Shown here: positions 16,279 through 25,383 of the stretch, in pieces
Layout of the letters: each line of letters begins with the position of its first letter
How positions within the stretch are numbered: position 1 is the first letter of the stretch
Source: a virus
IMG/VR virus record: IMGVR_UViG_3300044641_002513
Coordinates: 24,897-88,896 of that record
Reading direction: 5' to 3' (one strand)
DNA: 64,000 nucleotides
Notes under the pieces: generated by a model
What the model was told of the DNA's origin: nothing
Database searches by the model: none
Seen by the model: only the letters and a program-made list of their open reading frames with translations
Program-made: the position numbers and the translations under genes

Positions 16279-17121
16279 ATGGCTCTACTCCCTAAAATTT
16301 CTAGTAGTTTATCAGGTAAATGCAACTTAATTTCTTTTACAGAGCAAACTAATCCCTATGTAATAACTACTAACACAGGAGGCTGGGGTTCGCCTAACAT
16401 AGATACAGACGAAGTACAATACGCAAGCGTAGCGTTCTATAACTTAGAACAGACTCCTGCAATACTAGCATCAGGAAACGGAACCATTGTTGGTAACGTT
16501 TTTACAGATGTTATACATTTAACAGGAACTTTTGCTATTGGTCAAGCACTAATAGCTCCAGGAATAGCTCCTGGTACAGTAATCACAGCATTTCTTACAG
16601 GTAATGGTACTAATAACGGAGGTACTTATCAAGTTAATATAGCTCAACCTATTTCTTTAACTGTTATTAACGGAGTTTCTTTAGTTTCTCAATACATACT
16701 TAAAGACACTACTACAGGTCTAGACTTATATGCAAATGCAGTCTCTGCTCCTACACCTGGGAGTTTTCCTATTTTAACTGAAGCTACTTGGTCTAACCCT
16801 GATGGAATTTACCAATTAGTTTACATTGTTATAGGACCAGAAGACGAAGTATATACTAATGAAACTCAACACGTACTGTTCTTATGCAATTTATGTAATT
16901 GTAAAGATGCTTTAGTACTAAAACTAATTAATGCTTGTAACACGCCAACAGTAGCCAAGTTAAAAGAGCAAGTTGACCAAATGGAAATATTTATCTATGG
17001 AATCAAAACTGCTTTTGCTTGTGCCGACTTTGATACTGCTGATAACATACTAAACGCTGCTTCAACTTATTGTGAAACCATTGTAGGTTGTGCAAGTTGT
17101 GGGTGTTCAGGTAATTGCTAA
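16279..17121 (+). CDS. putative tail hub/collar structural protein, Cys-rich C-terminus
   Basis: TGGWGSPN and PDGIY motifs, an inserted small beta domain, and a C-terminal CASCGCSGNC. Confidence 0.6.
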   Translation: MALLPKISSSLSGKCNLISFTEQTNPYVITTNTGGWGSPNIDTDEVQYASVAFYNLEQTPAILASGNGTIVGNVFTDVIHLTGTFAIGQALIAPGIAPGTVITAFLTGNGTNNGGTYQVNIAQPISLTVINGVSLVSQYILKDTTTGLDLYANAVSAPTPGSFPILTEATWSNPDGIYQLVYIVIGPEDEVYTNETQHVLFLCNLCNCKDALVLKLINACNTPTVAKLKEQVDQMEIFIYGIKTAFACADFDTADNILNAASTYCETIVGCASCGCSGNC

Positions 17122-17143
17122 TAAATAAATAATACAACTAACT

Positions 17144-17662
17144 ATGTGTACTTGTAATAAATGCAATGAAATAACTTTGTTTAAAGGAACAAACGGAGTA
17201 GGAGTAAGCTCAACAGTAGACAATGAGGACGGTACTTTTACTATCTATTATACTGATGGCTCTAGTTTTACTAGTGAAGATTTAACGGGCCCAACAGGTG
17301 CAACTGGATCTACTGGAGCTACAGGTGCAGCAGGTACTAATGGTACAAACGCTTTTAAGTTTGTTAAAGATTTTACTTCTAATTTAGATGGGGGTACTTG
17401 TACTATTTCTCGTGCAGATTTAACTACTTGTTCTGCTGTTCCTAATGGTTGTTTATTTGGAAGTGTTGCCGCAGGTTTTACTAATTTACAAGTACAAGTA
17501 TGGTTAAGAAATAACAGTCCTTCTCCTTCAGGAAATTGGTCTTTAGCTTTACACGGAGATACTTTAACATCTATTGTTATAGATAATTCTACAGGTTTAA
17601 TTACTGTAACATTAGGAGGAGGTTCTACTAATGTATTAGTAAGAGTTGTTGTCATAGCTTAA
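17144..17662 (+). CDS. collagen-like fibre protein
   Basis: GPTGATGSTGATGAAGTNGTN Gly-X-Y repeat. Confidence 0.7.
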   Translation: MCTCNKCNEITLFKGTNGVGVSSTVDNEDGTFTIYYTDGSSFTSEDLTGPTGATGSTGATGAAGTNGTNAFKFVKDFTSNLDGGTCTISRADLTTCSAVPNGCLFGSVAAGFTNLQVQVWLRNNSPSPSGNWSLALHGDTLTSIVIDNSTGLITVTLGGGSTNVLVRVVVIA

Positions 17663-17672
17663 CAATAAAAAA

Positions 17673-18221
17673 ATGTCTACTGAAAGTTGTCAATGTATTA
17701 GAATCGTTTACACTCCAACATCAACAGGTGTTGAAATTACAACTGAACTAAGTGTTACAGGAATACTTAATAGTAGAAATTATTATGATTTTTTGTTAGC
17801 AGAAGAAATAAGTAATTTATATTATTCTATTTATTGGGACGAAGAAACGTGGATATTTAGGGATGAAAATGCTGTTATAGATTCTTTTACTACATTAACA
17901 AATTGTCCATTTGCAGAATTAGGAGAAGTAGGAATTTTTGATAAATTTTCAATTTTACCTTGCGTTGTAGTTACTACAGAAGAAGTACAATGTTATAAAT
18001 TAGAAGTTTGGAATAAACAGTGTGAATATTCTAAATGTGTACTAGAGTACGTTAATAATCTAATTTTTGGAATAGACGTATGTAAACTTGAAGAGTCTTT
18101 AAAAGAACAAAGAAGAGTATTAGAAATATTAAATTGTTACGACCCTAGAGATATACCTAACAATACTGTTATTTATAACACTATTCCATACGGAACAATA
18201 AAAAAACTATTATACAAATAA
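17673..18221 (+). CDS. Cys-containing structural protein, hypothetical
   Basis: 182-aa ORF in the tail cluster. Confidence 0.6.
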   Translation: MSTESCQCIRIVYTPTSTGVEITTELSVTGILNSRNYYDFLLAEEISNLYYSIYWDEETWIFRDENAVIDSFTTLTNCPFAELGEVGIFDKFSILPCVVVTTEEVQCYKLEVWNKQCEYSKCVLEYVNNLIFGIDVCKLEESLKEQRRVLEILNCYDPRDIPNNTVIYNTIPYGTIKKLLYK

Positions 18222-18236
18222 TTAAAAAAATACAAC

Positions 18237-18656
18237 ATGTCACAAAGAGAAGTCTCTATCACAGGAAACAATAATACTAAAGTAAAAGTAACAGGGCAGG
18301 AAGAACTGTTAGTAAGAGTTAATTCTGTCGATTTAACAGCTACAGGTTTAGCTAAAGAAAGTACTTTACAAACTGTAAACACTTCTTTAAATAATATAGA
18401 ATCTGCTTTAACAGGTACATTTATTGCTGGAGCTATATTAGGTAGAACTTTAACATTTCCTTACAACCTTCCTGCTAATAAATACACAGGAGTTACATTA
18501 ATAGTGCCTACAGGTCAAACTATTGATTTTGCAGGAGCTACTTTACCAAGTGGTACTTATAACTTTTCAGGAGAAGGAAACAAAACTTGTAATACATTTA
18601 CTTTATCTAATCCTTCTGCTACTCCTTCAGATATTATATTGTTAACTGTAGAATAA
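18237..18656 (+). CDS. putative fibre/structural protein
   Basis: GLAKESTL short coiled segment followed by a beta-rich C-terminus. Confidence 0.6.
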   Translation: MSQREVSITGNNNTKVKVTGQEELLVRVNSVDLTATGLAKESTLQTVNTSLNNIESALTGTFIAGAILGRTLTFPYNLPANKYTGVTLIVPTGQTIDFAGATLPSGTYNFSGEGNKTCNTFTLSNPSATPSDIILLTVE

Positions 18657-19603
18657 TGAAAATATTTGCTTTTCTAACGACTGCTGGCGGTGGCGGTGGC
18701 ACAGAAATAACTGTAGTAGACAATTATGCTGCTTTATTAGCTTACCCTCCAACGGCAGATACTTTTTATTGGTGTCAAAATTCTCAAGGTACAGCTTGGT
18801 TACCTGGCTCTTTAGGGGGTACTTTTTACCCTAAAGGAATATACTATTGTTTTACCACAAGTCCTTTAGTAATACAATTTATAGAAACACCTTATCAAGC
18901 TACTCAAGCAGATGTTGATGCAGGAACAATTACTGACCAATTTGTATCTCCTAAAACACTTACTGATAGTGCTCAATTATCTGGTAAAGTTCCATACACT
19001 GGTGCTACAGCTGATGTTAACTTAGGCACGTTTCATTTAGATGCTGGTAAAGGTACATTCACTCACAATGGTAGCACAGACACTCTTACAGCTAATCACA
19101 CAAGCGGTAGTGGAATAGGTTTGTTAATTACTAAAGGTGGAAACAATGAAGGGCTGAAAGTTAATAAGACATCAGGTAGTGGTAATGCTGCAACAATTAT
19201 TGGTACATTAGAGGCTACTACATTGGTAAAGACTGGTGGAACGTCTAGTCAATTCTTAATGGCTGATGGCTCAGTAAGTACATCTATGATTCCTAGAGTT
19301 CAAACAGTTGCGTCTAATGCTACAGTTACAGCTACAAGTACAAATGACTTAGTAACTATTACAGCGCAAGCGGTTGGTTTAACGTTAGCAAATCCAACTG
19401 GCACATTTACAGAAGGTCAATCTTTAATATTTAGAATCAAAGACAACGGAACTGCAAGAACAATTGGTTACGGTGCTAATTTTAGAGCAATTGGAGTAGT
19501 TGCACCAACAACAACAGTTGCAAGTAAAACAACTTATATTGGTTGTATTTATAATTCAACAGATACAAAATTTGATATAATTGGAGTATGTACAGAAGCC
19601 TAA
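18656..19603 (+). CDS. tail fibre protein
   Basis: VPYTGATADVNLG and GGTSSQFLMADGS fibre motifs; C-terminal LANPTG...RIKDNGTARTI domain. Confidence 0.75.
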   Translation: MKIFAFLTTAGGGGGTEITVVDNYAALLAYPPTADTFYWCQNSQGTAWLPGSLGGTFYPKGIYYCFTTSPLVIQFIETPYQATQADVDAGTITDQFVSPKTLTDSAQLSGKVPYTGATADVNLGTFHLDAGKGTFTHNGSTDTLTANHTSGSGIGLLITKGGNNEGLKVNKTSGSGNAATIIGTLEATTLVKTGGTSSQFLMADGSVSTSMIPRVQTVASNATVTATSTNDLVTITAQAVGLTLANPTGTFTEGQSLIFRIKDNGTARTIGYGANFRAIGVVAPTTTVASKTTYIGCIYNSTDTKFDIIGVCTEA

Positions 19604-20994
19604 TTTCTTTAATGCCAAAAATACAGTTTCAGTTTTTGATTGATTCATTTCCAAGTATTACGATGGGTTTCGATTTCAGAAAGTTAAGGAGTGCTTATAG
19701 TGGCAATGCTATAAGAGTACTTAGAACATCCGACAATACAGAACAAGATTTTGGCTTTGTATCAAATGAAGTTGTTGGGAGTGATATTGTTGATTTTGTT
19801 GGATGGAATCTTTTAGCTTATTCTGAAGATATAAGTCAGACTACTTATCAGAAAGTTAATTTAGTAGCTACTGGTACACCTCCTTATATAGATGTTGAAA
19901 CAGCCCCAAATGGGACATTAACTGCTGATAAATTAATTGAAAACACTTCATTCACAAACCATTTTTTAACACAAACGTTAGGTATTACAGTTGTTGGTTT
20001 AGATTATAATTTTTCTGTTTATCTAAAAGCTGGTGAAAGAACTAAAACTGATATACAAGCTGGTGGTGTGGGACAAGCAAGAATAAATCTATTGACTGGT
20101 GCAATTGAAACATCTACATTTCCTATTACTCCAATTGTTACTGATGCTGGTAACGGATGGTGGAGATTTTCTGTTACTTTTAATGCTAATTCAACACTTA
20201 TAAATCCATTATATAGAATTTTCACTGTAAACAACTTAAACCAATCTTCTTATGTAGGTGATGGGGTTAGCGGTGTATATGTTTGGGGCTTTCAATTAAC
20301 ACAGAGTTCGACTTTATTAGCCTATGATAAAACAGGGGCAACAGCGAGGGGATATGGTTCGATTTCTAAAAGATATGACCAAGCAACTGGAGGAGATGAT
20401 GTTATAAATGCAACAATAATTCGACAACCTATAATTGTAAATGGTGGAAATATAATCACAGATGGTGGTAAATTAGCTTTGCAAGGTGGTGCAACATTAG
20501 GTTTACGCAGTACTAACACACTTTCTTTAAGCGCATACAGCGATTTATTAATGACTTTCGGATTGAATGTCACCAATGTCACGACTCAACAATACTTATT
20601 TGAAAGTTCTACAGCTTATACATCTAATAATGGTGCTTTAGGAATTTTTATACAAGGAAACATATTGTATGTAACTCAAAGAATAAGTAGTACAATATCT
20701 TCAAGAAAAACATACCCAATAAGTACAGGTAGGCAACTGATAACTATAAGATTTAGAACTGGACAAGTAGCTTCGGATGCTTCTCAAGTTTGGATAAATG
20801 GAATAGAAATAAGTGGAACTGTAACTCTCAATAATAATTCAACAACTTTAAGTAATCAGGTTATATATCTTTTTGCTAGAGGAGGAAATTCAATTGGATT
20901 CTTAGGAAAATATCAAAATTTTACAATGTTTACAGATTCAACACAAAGAGCAGGAATTGAAAACAACATAAACAACTATTATGGCTATTATTAG
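19588..20994 (+). CDS. receptor-binding protein, ConA/LamG-like with an inserted carbohydrate-binding-like domain
   Basis: RKLRSAYSGNAIRV...EQDFGF start, inserted NLLAYSE...VWGFQL module, IENNINNYY end. Confidence 0.65.
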   Translation: MYRSLISLMPKIQFQFLIDSFPSITMGFDFRKLRSAYSGNAIRVLRTSDNTEQDFGFVSNEVVGSDIVDFVGWNLLAYSEDISQTTYQKVNLVATGTPPYIDVETAPNGTLTADKLIENTSFTNHFLTQTLGITVVGLDYNFSVYLKAGERTKTDIQAGGVGQARINLLTGAIETSTFPITPIVTDAGNGWWRFSVTFNANSTLINPLYRIFTVNNLNQSSYVGDGVSGVYVWGFQLTQSSTLLAYDKTGATARGYGSISKRYDQATGGDDVINATIIRQPIIVNGGNIITDGGKLALQGGATLGLRSTNTLSLSAYSDLLMTFGLNVTNVTTQQYLFESSTAYTSNNGALGIFIQGNILYVTQRISSTISSRKTYPISTGRQLITIRFRTGQVASDASQVWINGIEISGTVTLNNNSTTLSNQVIYLFARGGNSIGFLGKYQNFTMFTDSTQRAGIENNINNYYGYY

Positions 20995-21217
20995 AAAAGA
21001 GTTTGACACTACTGAACAAGCTCAAACATTCATTGATGCTATTAACTTACAATTAGGTATTCCAAGTAGTGAAAACTCAGTTACTCAATCTTATACTGAT
21101 TGCGTTGAAGAAGATGGAAAGTTTTATGTCGAATATGATAATGAAATTATTATTTTTGATGAAAGTATAAGAGATATATTAGGAGGATTAACTAACTTTG
21201 AAATAAATGAAAACTAG
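20981..21217 (+). CDS. small acidic protein, possible fibre chaperone
   Basis: 78 aa, overlapping the end of the receptor-binding protein gene. Confidence 0.5.
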   Translation: MAIIRKEFDTTEQAQTFIDAINLQLGIPSSENSVTQSYTDCVEEDGKFYVEYDNEIIIFDESIRDILGGLTNFEINEN

Positions 21218-21695
21218 ACTGTTAATAATATTACTATTGCTATCATCTTGTTCTTTAGAACGTAGATTAGAGAAGTATTGTCCTTTGTGTGTTCAGGAAA
21301 CTAAAATAGAAACAATTATTGAGTATAGAGATACTACTATTGAGATACCTGGTGAAACAGTTACTATAGTAGACTCATTGTATTGCGATAGCTTAGGCAA
21401 CGTTGTGTCTAGGTTTGGGGATATATTAAAAGATAAGAACGGAAAGATATTAAGTCTAGAAACAAGATTAAGAAACAACGTTTACTATTCGAGAGCTAAG
21501 GTAGATACTGTTTACAGAACGATAAAAGGTAATACTATTATAAAAGATAAAGTAGTATATAAAAAAGGAAGAGAGATTAAAGTAAAATATATACCTTCTT
21601 GGGTTGTATTTTTTGCTTATTTAGGAGGAATATCATTAATAATTATACTTATATATTTAACTTTTAAAATAATCAAAAAATACCTTAAACCATGA
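21207..21695 (+). CDS. putative unimolecular spanin
   Basis: Lipobox LLSSC, beta-rich middle and a C-terminal TM helix; adjacent to the holin. Confidence 0.65.
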   Translation: MKTRLLIILLLLSSCSLERRLEKYCPLCVQETKIETIIEYRDTTIEIPGETVTIVDSLYCDSLGNVVSRFGDILKDKNGKILSLETRLRNNVYYSRAKVDTVYRTIKGNTIIKDKVVYKKGREIKVKYIPSWVVFFAYLGGISLIIILIYLTFKIIKKYLKP

Positions 21696-22153
21696 AACAG
21701 GAAGTCGTCAACATTTTAATAGGATTAAAAACATCAATAATTAAATACTTAATATTAGGAATAACTTTACTTGCTCCTATTAAAGTGTTTATAGTATTAG
21801 TAGGGTTATTTATATTCTTAGATACTTGTTTTGGGGTGTGGGCGGCTAAACAACAAAAACAACCTTTAAAAAGTAATAAATTAGCTAGGTTTATTTCTAA
21901 ATTATTTGTTTATAATACAGTAGTAATTACTGCTTATGTACTAGACATTAATTTATTAGGAGAGTTCTTTTTATTATTTTTATCTATACCTTTAGCTATT
22001 ACTAAAATTACTGTTATTGCTTTAGTAGTTAACGAAGTATATTCAATAGATGAGAAAGTAGTTAACGTAAAAGGTTACGGTTTATGGGCTATGTTTAAAC
22101 GTTTACTAGGTGTAGCAAAGTTTATTAAAAAACAAAAAGACGAAATATTATAA
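21692..22153 (+). CDS. holin
   Basis: Multiple TM helices with DTCFG...SNKL...KLFVY...EVYSIDE, a phage holin family 4-like pattern. Confidence 0.8.
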   Translation: MKQEVVNILIGLKTSIIKYLILGITLLAPIKVFIVLVGLFIFLDTCFGVWAAKQQKQPLKSNKLARFISKLFVYNTVVITAYVLDINLLGEFFLLFLSIPLAITKITVIALVVNEVYSIDEKVVNVKGYGLWAMFKRLLGVAKFIKKQKDEIL

Positions 22154-22155
22154 TT

Positions 22156-22737
22156 ATGAAAACTTATACAGACAGTCAACTATTAGATAGAGTAAAAAGT
22201 TTACCTGATTATAAAGGTATTCCTCAAGGACATTGGATATTAGGAGTACGTTCAACAGAGGATAAACCTGATGCTTTTGATGATAAGTTTTATCATTTTA
22301 TTGGAGAGACTTTTAGACAAGTAATTAAAGGTACTACTAATCCAGGAGTAACTGTTTTAAAAAACTTTGGTAAATTTAATCCTAATGGAGCAGCGGTAGT
22401 TAAATCTGATGAGTGGTACTACGATCTTTGGAAGTTTGGCAAACATCACGGTAAAGTAGATGCTTTACTACAATTAGGTTCTAAAATCAAAGTGCATAGA
22501 GACGGAGATAAAGATAATAAATCAGAAGAACAAGGTTTGTTGCAAGAAGGTTTCTTTGGTATTAACTATCATTCTAATGGCTACGACATTGATGCAAAGG
22601 CTACAGGTACGGTTGTAGGAGGCTGGTCAGCAGGTTGCCAAGTACCTTGTGAAATACAAAAATATAAAAAGCAAATGCAAGAGTTTAAGTTATCTAAACA
22701 ACCTACATTTACTTATTGTTTACTAAAAGAATTTTAA
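22156..22737 (+). CDS. putative endolysin with L,D-transpeptidase-like catalytic motif
   Basis: GINYH...WSAGCQV (H...SxGC), directly after the holin. Confidence 0.7.
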   Translation: MKTYTDSQLLDRVKSLPDYKGIPQGHWILGVRSTEDKPDAFDDKFYHFIGETFRQVIKGTTNPGVTVLKNFGKFNPNGAAVVKSDEWYYDLWKFGKHHGKVDALLQLGSKIKVHRDGDKDNKSEEQGLLQEGFFGINYHSNGYDIDAKATGTVVGGWSAGCQVPCEIQKYKKQMQEFKLSKQPTFTYCLLKEF

Positions 22738-22739
22738 TT

Positions 22740-22898
22740 ATGAAAATTAGAAACGGTTGGAAATCCCACGCAAGACAATGGGATAAATTAAGAATATCAA
22801 TAAGAATATCTTATGTGGACATATTAACAATAGAAGCAGATATATCAAGAGAGTTTTATTTGTTTACTATCTTAAACTTTACTTTTAAAAACAGATAG
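22740..22898 (+). CDS. small hypothetical protein
   Basis: MKIRNGWK...; the ATG at 22740 is preferred over the 22716 start. Confidence 0.55.
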   Translation: MKIRNGWKSHARQWDKLRISIRISYVDILTIEADISREFYLFTILNFTFKNR

Positions 22899-22900
22899 CT

Positions 22901-23038
22901 ATGGCTAAAGTACAAACAACAGGTGGAGCTAAAACAAGAATAAAAGTATCTAGACCTGGGATACATTCAAAAACTAAAACTTCTAAATTAAAGACTTCTA
23001 GAAAATATAAGAAGTTATATAGAGGTCAAGGTAAGTAA
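22901..23038 (+). CDS. 45-aa highly basic protein ending YRGQGK (not in ORF track)
   Basis: MAKVQTTGGAKTRIKVSRPGIHSKTKTSKLKTSRKYKKLYRGQGK*; fills the intergenic gap. Confidence 0.7.
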   Translation: MAKVQTTGGAKTRIKVSRPGIHSKTKTSKLKTSRKYKKLYRGQGK

Positions 23039-23054
23039 TTTAAAAATAAACTTA

Positions 23055-23062
23055 TATATTTG
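23055..23062 (+). promoter_or_regulatory. TAnnTTTG promoter element, leaderless
   Basis: TATATTTG followed 4 nt later by the ATG at 23067, the same geometry as at 3018. Confidence 0.6.
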
Positions 23063-23066
23063 CTAT

Positions 23067-23780
23067 ATGTTATCATTAGACGACCTTCACGCACAGTTAG
23101 ACGAATCTTTAGCAATTAACTCTATAGAATCTTCATTCTCTTATGAATTTTTTACAGATTTAATTAATGGACAACGTGCTCTATGGTTGCGTAATGAGTA
23201 TAACAAAAATAGAAGTATTGACCCTTACGTATTACAAGATTTATCTTGTTTAGAATTAGAGTTAGTTAATCCTATTGATTGTTGTATAGATGTTCCAGCA
23301 AAATGTAAAGTGCTACGAACTAAAGTACAGATACCTAATACTATAGAATTTTATTTTACTAAAGGTATTGCAACAATTGGTCCTGCTGATATAATGATGC
23401 CTAGATTCGTTCTAATAGACTATTCTAGAGTTCCTTACGTAGGACACGGAAGAACAACTCAAAGAGCTATATACGCATTTCTTTATAACAATTACTTGTA
23501 TATAACTAGTAAAAATCCTAGTGTAAATTTGACTAAGTACATTACTGTTAGGGGAATATTTGAAGACCCTACTACATTAAAACAATTTGTAAGTTGTGTT
23601 AGTGGCAAACCTTGTTATTCTAGTTCTGAGCCTTATCCATTAAACTTATGGATGTGGGAATATATGAAACCACAAATACTTAATCAGTTAATGCAAAAAG
23701 GAGCTAATCAGCAAGATGATTCTAATAATGCAGAAGACGGTAAAACAGAACCAACAATGGCAAGCAATGCAGGACAATAG
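23067..23780 (+). CDS. tail ring protein
   Basis: QDLSCLELELV, LRTKVQIP, YLY, VRGIFEDP motifs of crAss ring proteins. Confidence 0.75.
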   Translation: MLSLDDLHAQLDESLAINSIESSFSYEFFTDLINGQRALWLRNEYNKNRSIDPYVLQDLSCLELELVNPIDCCIDVPAKCKVLRTKVQIPNTIEFYFTKGIATIGPADIMMPRFVLIDYSRVPYVGHGRTTQRAIYAFLYNNYLYITSKNPSVNLTKYITVRGIFEDPTTLKQFVSCVSGKPCYSSSEPYPLNLWMWEYMKPQILNQLMQKGANQQDDSNNAEDGKTEPTMASNAGQ

Positions 23781-24294
23781 TAGTAAAGAAAGAAAAGTAG
23801 GAGAAGTAAAAAAGAAAGACTTTTACAACCACTACTTAAAACATAAACAAGAACGAGAAGTAGACAAAAGTGTTTATAACAAGTTTTTAAAAGTATTACT
23901 CGATAAGTTTAGTACGGCAATAGTAGAAACAGGATTAGAGTTAAAGCTAACGGGAATAGGTAAACTAAGAGTTAGAAGTAAGAAACTAAACTATTTTACT
24001 AAAGAAGGCAAGAGAGCTAAGAGTGTAAGACCTAATTGGAAAGCTACACTAGAGTACTGGAAAGTAAAGTATCCAGACCAAACATTAAAAGAATTAAAAG
24101 GAGTGCCAAATAAACCAATACTGTATCACGAGAACGATCATACATCAGGAGAGTTTTACGAACATCATTGGGATAACAACACTACTAGTTTAAAATATAA
24201 AAGCTTTTATGGCTTTAAAGCGTCAAGACAATATTCAAGATTGATTGCTAAAGTTGTAAAAGACCCTAACCGTAAAACATTTTATTATGGATGA
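23767..24294 (+). CDS. IHF/HU-like protein of the crAss tail module
   Basis: YNKFLKVLLDKF...ELKLTGIGKLRV; start probably 23767 rather than 23716. Confidence 0.75.
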   Translation: MQDNSSKERKVGEVKKKDFYNHYLKHKQEREVDKSVYNKFLKVLLDKFSTAIVETGLELKLTGIGKLRVRSKKLNYFTKEGKRAKSVRPNWKATLEYWKVKYPDQTLKELKGVPNKPILYHENDHTSGEFYEHHWDNNTTSLKYKSFYGFKASRQYSRLIAKVVKDPNRKTFYYG

Positions 24295-24562
24295 TGAATC
24301 AGTAAACAACGAAAACTCTTCAACTGACGTAGAATCAGTTGTAAAAATTACTCGCAAAGAATTTGAAGATGGTAGTTATGAAGAAACAAGAGTAGAACAA
24401 GTAGAAGGAGGTTTTATTACTACCCTATGTACTCGTAAAAAAGTAAACGGAGAATGGGTTTACAAAGATGAAAAATCTGTAAGCACAGAAGACCCTAGTA
24501 AAGATAAATCAACTGAAGGTATTGCTAATAGATTAGAGTCTATATTTAAAAACTTAATGTAA
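24287..24562 (+). CDS. small acidic hypothetical protein
   Basis: 91-aa ORF overlapping both neighbours. Confidence 0.65.
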   Translation: MDDESVNNENSSTDVESVVKITRKEFEDGSYEETRVEQVEGGFITTLCTRKKVNGEWVYKDEKSVSTEDPSKDKSTEGIANRLESIFKNLM

Positions 24563-25383
24563 TGTTTGCAGGAAGAACCGTATCATACAAAGCTATTATA
24601 GACAAAGTACTAAGAGACTTTGCTTTTAACTACGACATTAAACAAGAAGAAGGTCTAGAGTGGTTAGCTGAGTTTATGGCTCATACTAACGTAGGTATGG
24701 TTATGAGTAACGACATTGCTTATATTGAGATTTGCGATGGTTTAGGAGAACTTCCTTTTGACTTACATAAAATTAATCAAACAGCTTACTTAGAAGGAGT
24801 TGACTCAATAGAAGAAGCTGAATGTGGACACGGAAGACCTTTTCCAATGCGTTGGGCTACAGACAACTTCCACAAAAGATACCACAAAGACGATAGAGAT
24901 TATACTACTGAGTCGAGAGAAACTTACACTGTAGAAAACAATTATATCTTTCCTAGTTTTAGTAAAGGATTTATAATGATGAGCTACGTAGCTATTCCAA
25001 CAGATGATTGTGGTTATCCAGTAGTACCAGCTGAACAACAATGGTTAGAAGCTGCTGCTTTTTACATTGGCCACAAAATTGCTAGAAAACTTTGGTATAT
25101 GGGACAACTAAGAGATGCTATATTCCAAAAAATAGAAACAGACAGAGATTGGTATTTTGCTCAAGCAGTTAATCACGCTAAACAATGGAACGGTGTTGAC
25201 GAAGCTGAATCAGTTAAAAATGCTACTATTAGAACAATACCTGATATACAAGCACATGCTTCTTTCTTTGCTAATATGCAGTTACCAGAACAACGTAAAT
25301 TTAGACCTAAAGCAGGAAGTGCTTTAGTGTCTACTATTAATACTATTAGTGCTAGTGTACAAGGACCTAATCCAGCAATATAA
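24562..25383 (+). CDS. tail tubular (ring) protein
   Basis: LPFDL, YIFPSFSKG, SYVAIPTDDCGYP, WYFAQA motifs; directly before the stabilization protein. Confidence 0.8.
   Translation: MFAGRTVSYKAIIDKVLRDFAFNYDIKQEEGLEWLAEFMAHTNVGMVMSNDIAYIEICDGLGELPFDLHKINQTAYLEGVDSIEEAECGHGRPFPMRWATDNFHKRYHKDDRDYTTESRETYTVENNYIFPSFSKGFIMMSYVAIPTDDCGYPVVPAEQQWLEAAAFYIGHKIARKLWYMGQLRDAIFQKIETDRDWYFAQAVNHAKQWNGVDEAESVKNATIRTIPDIQAHASFFANMQLPEQRKFRPKAGSALVSTINTISASVQGPNPAI

Noticed and set aside
18656-21217. Diversity-generating retroelement or invertible tail-fibre locus
   Set aside because: No reverse transcriptase, recombinase, or TR/VR repeat pair is visible in the window.
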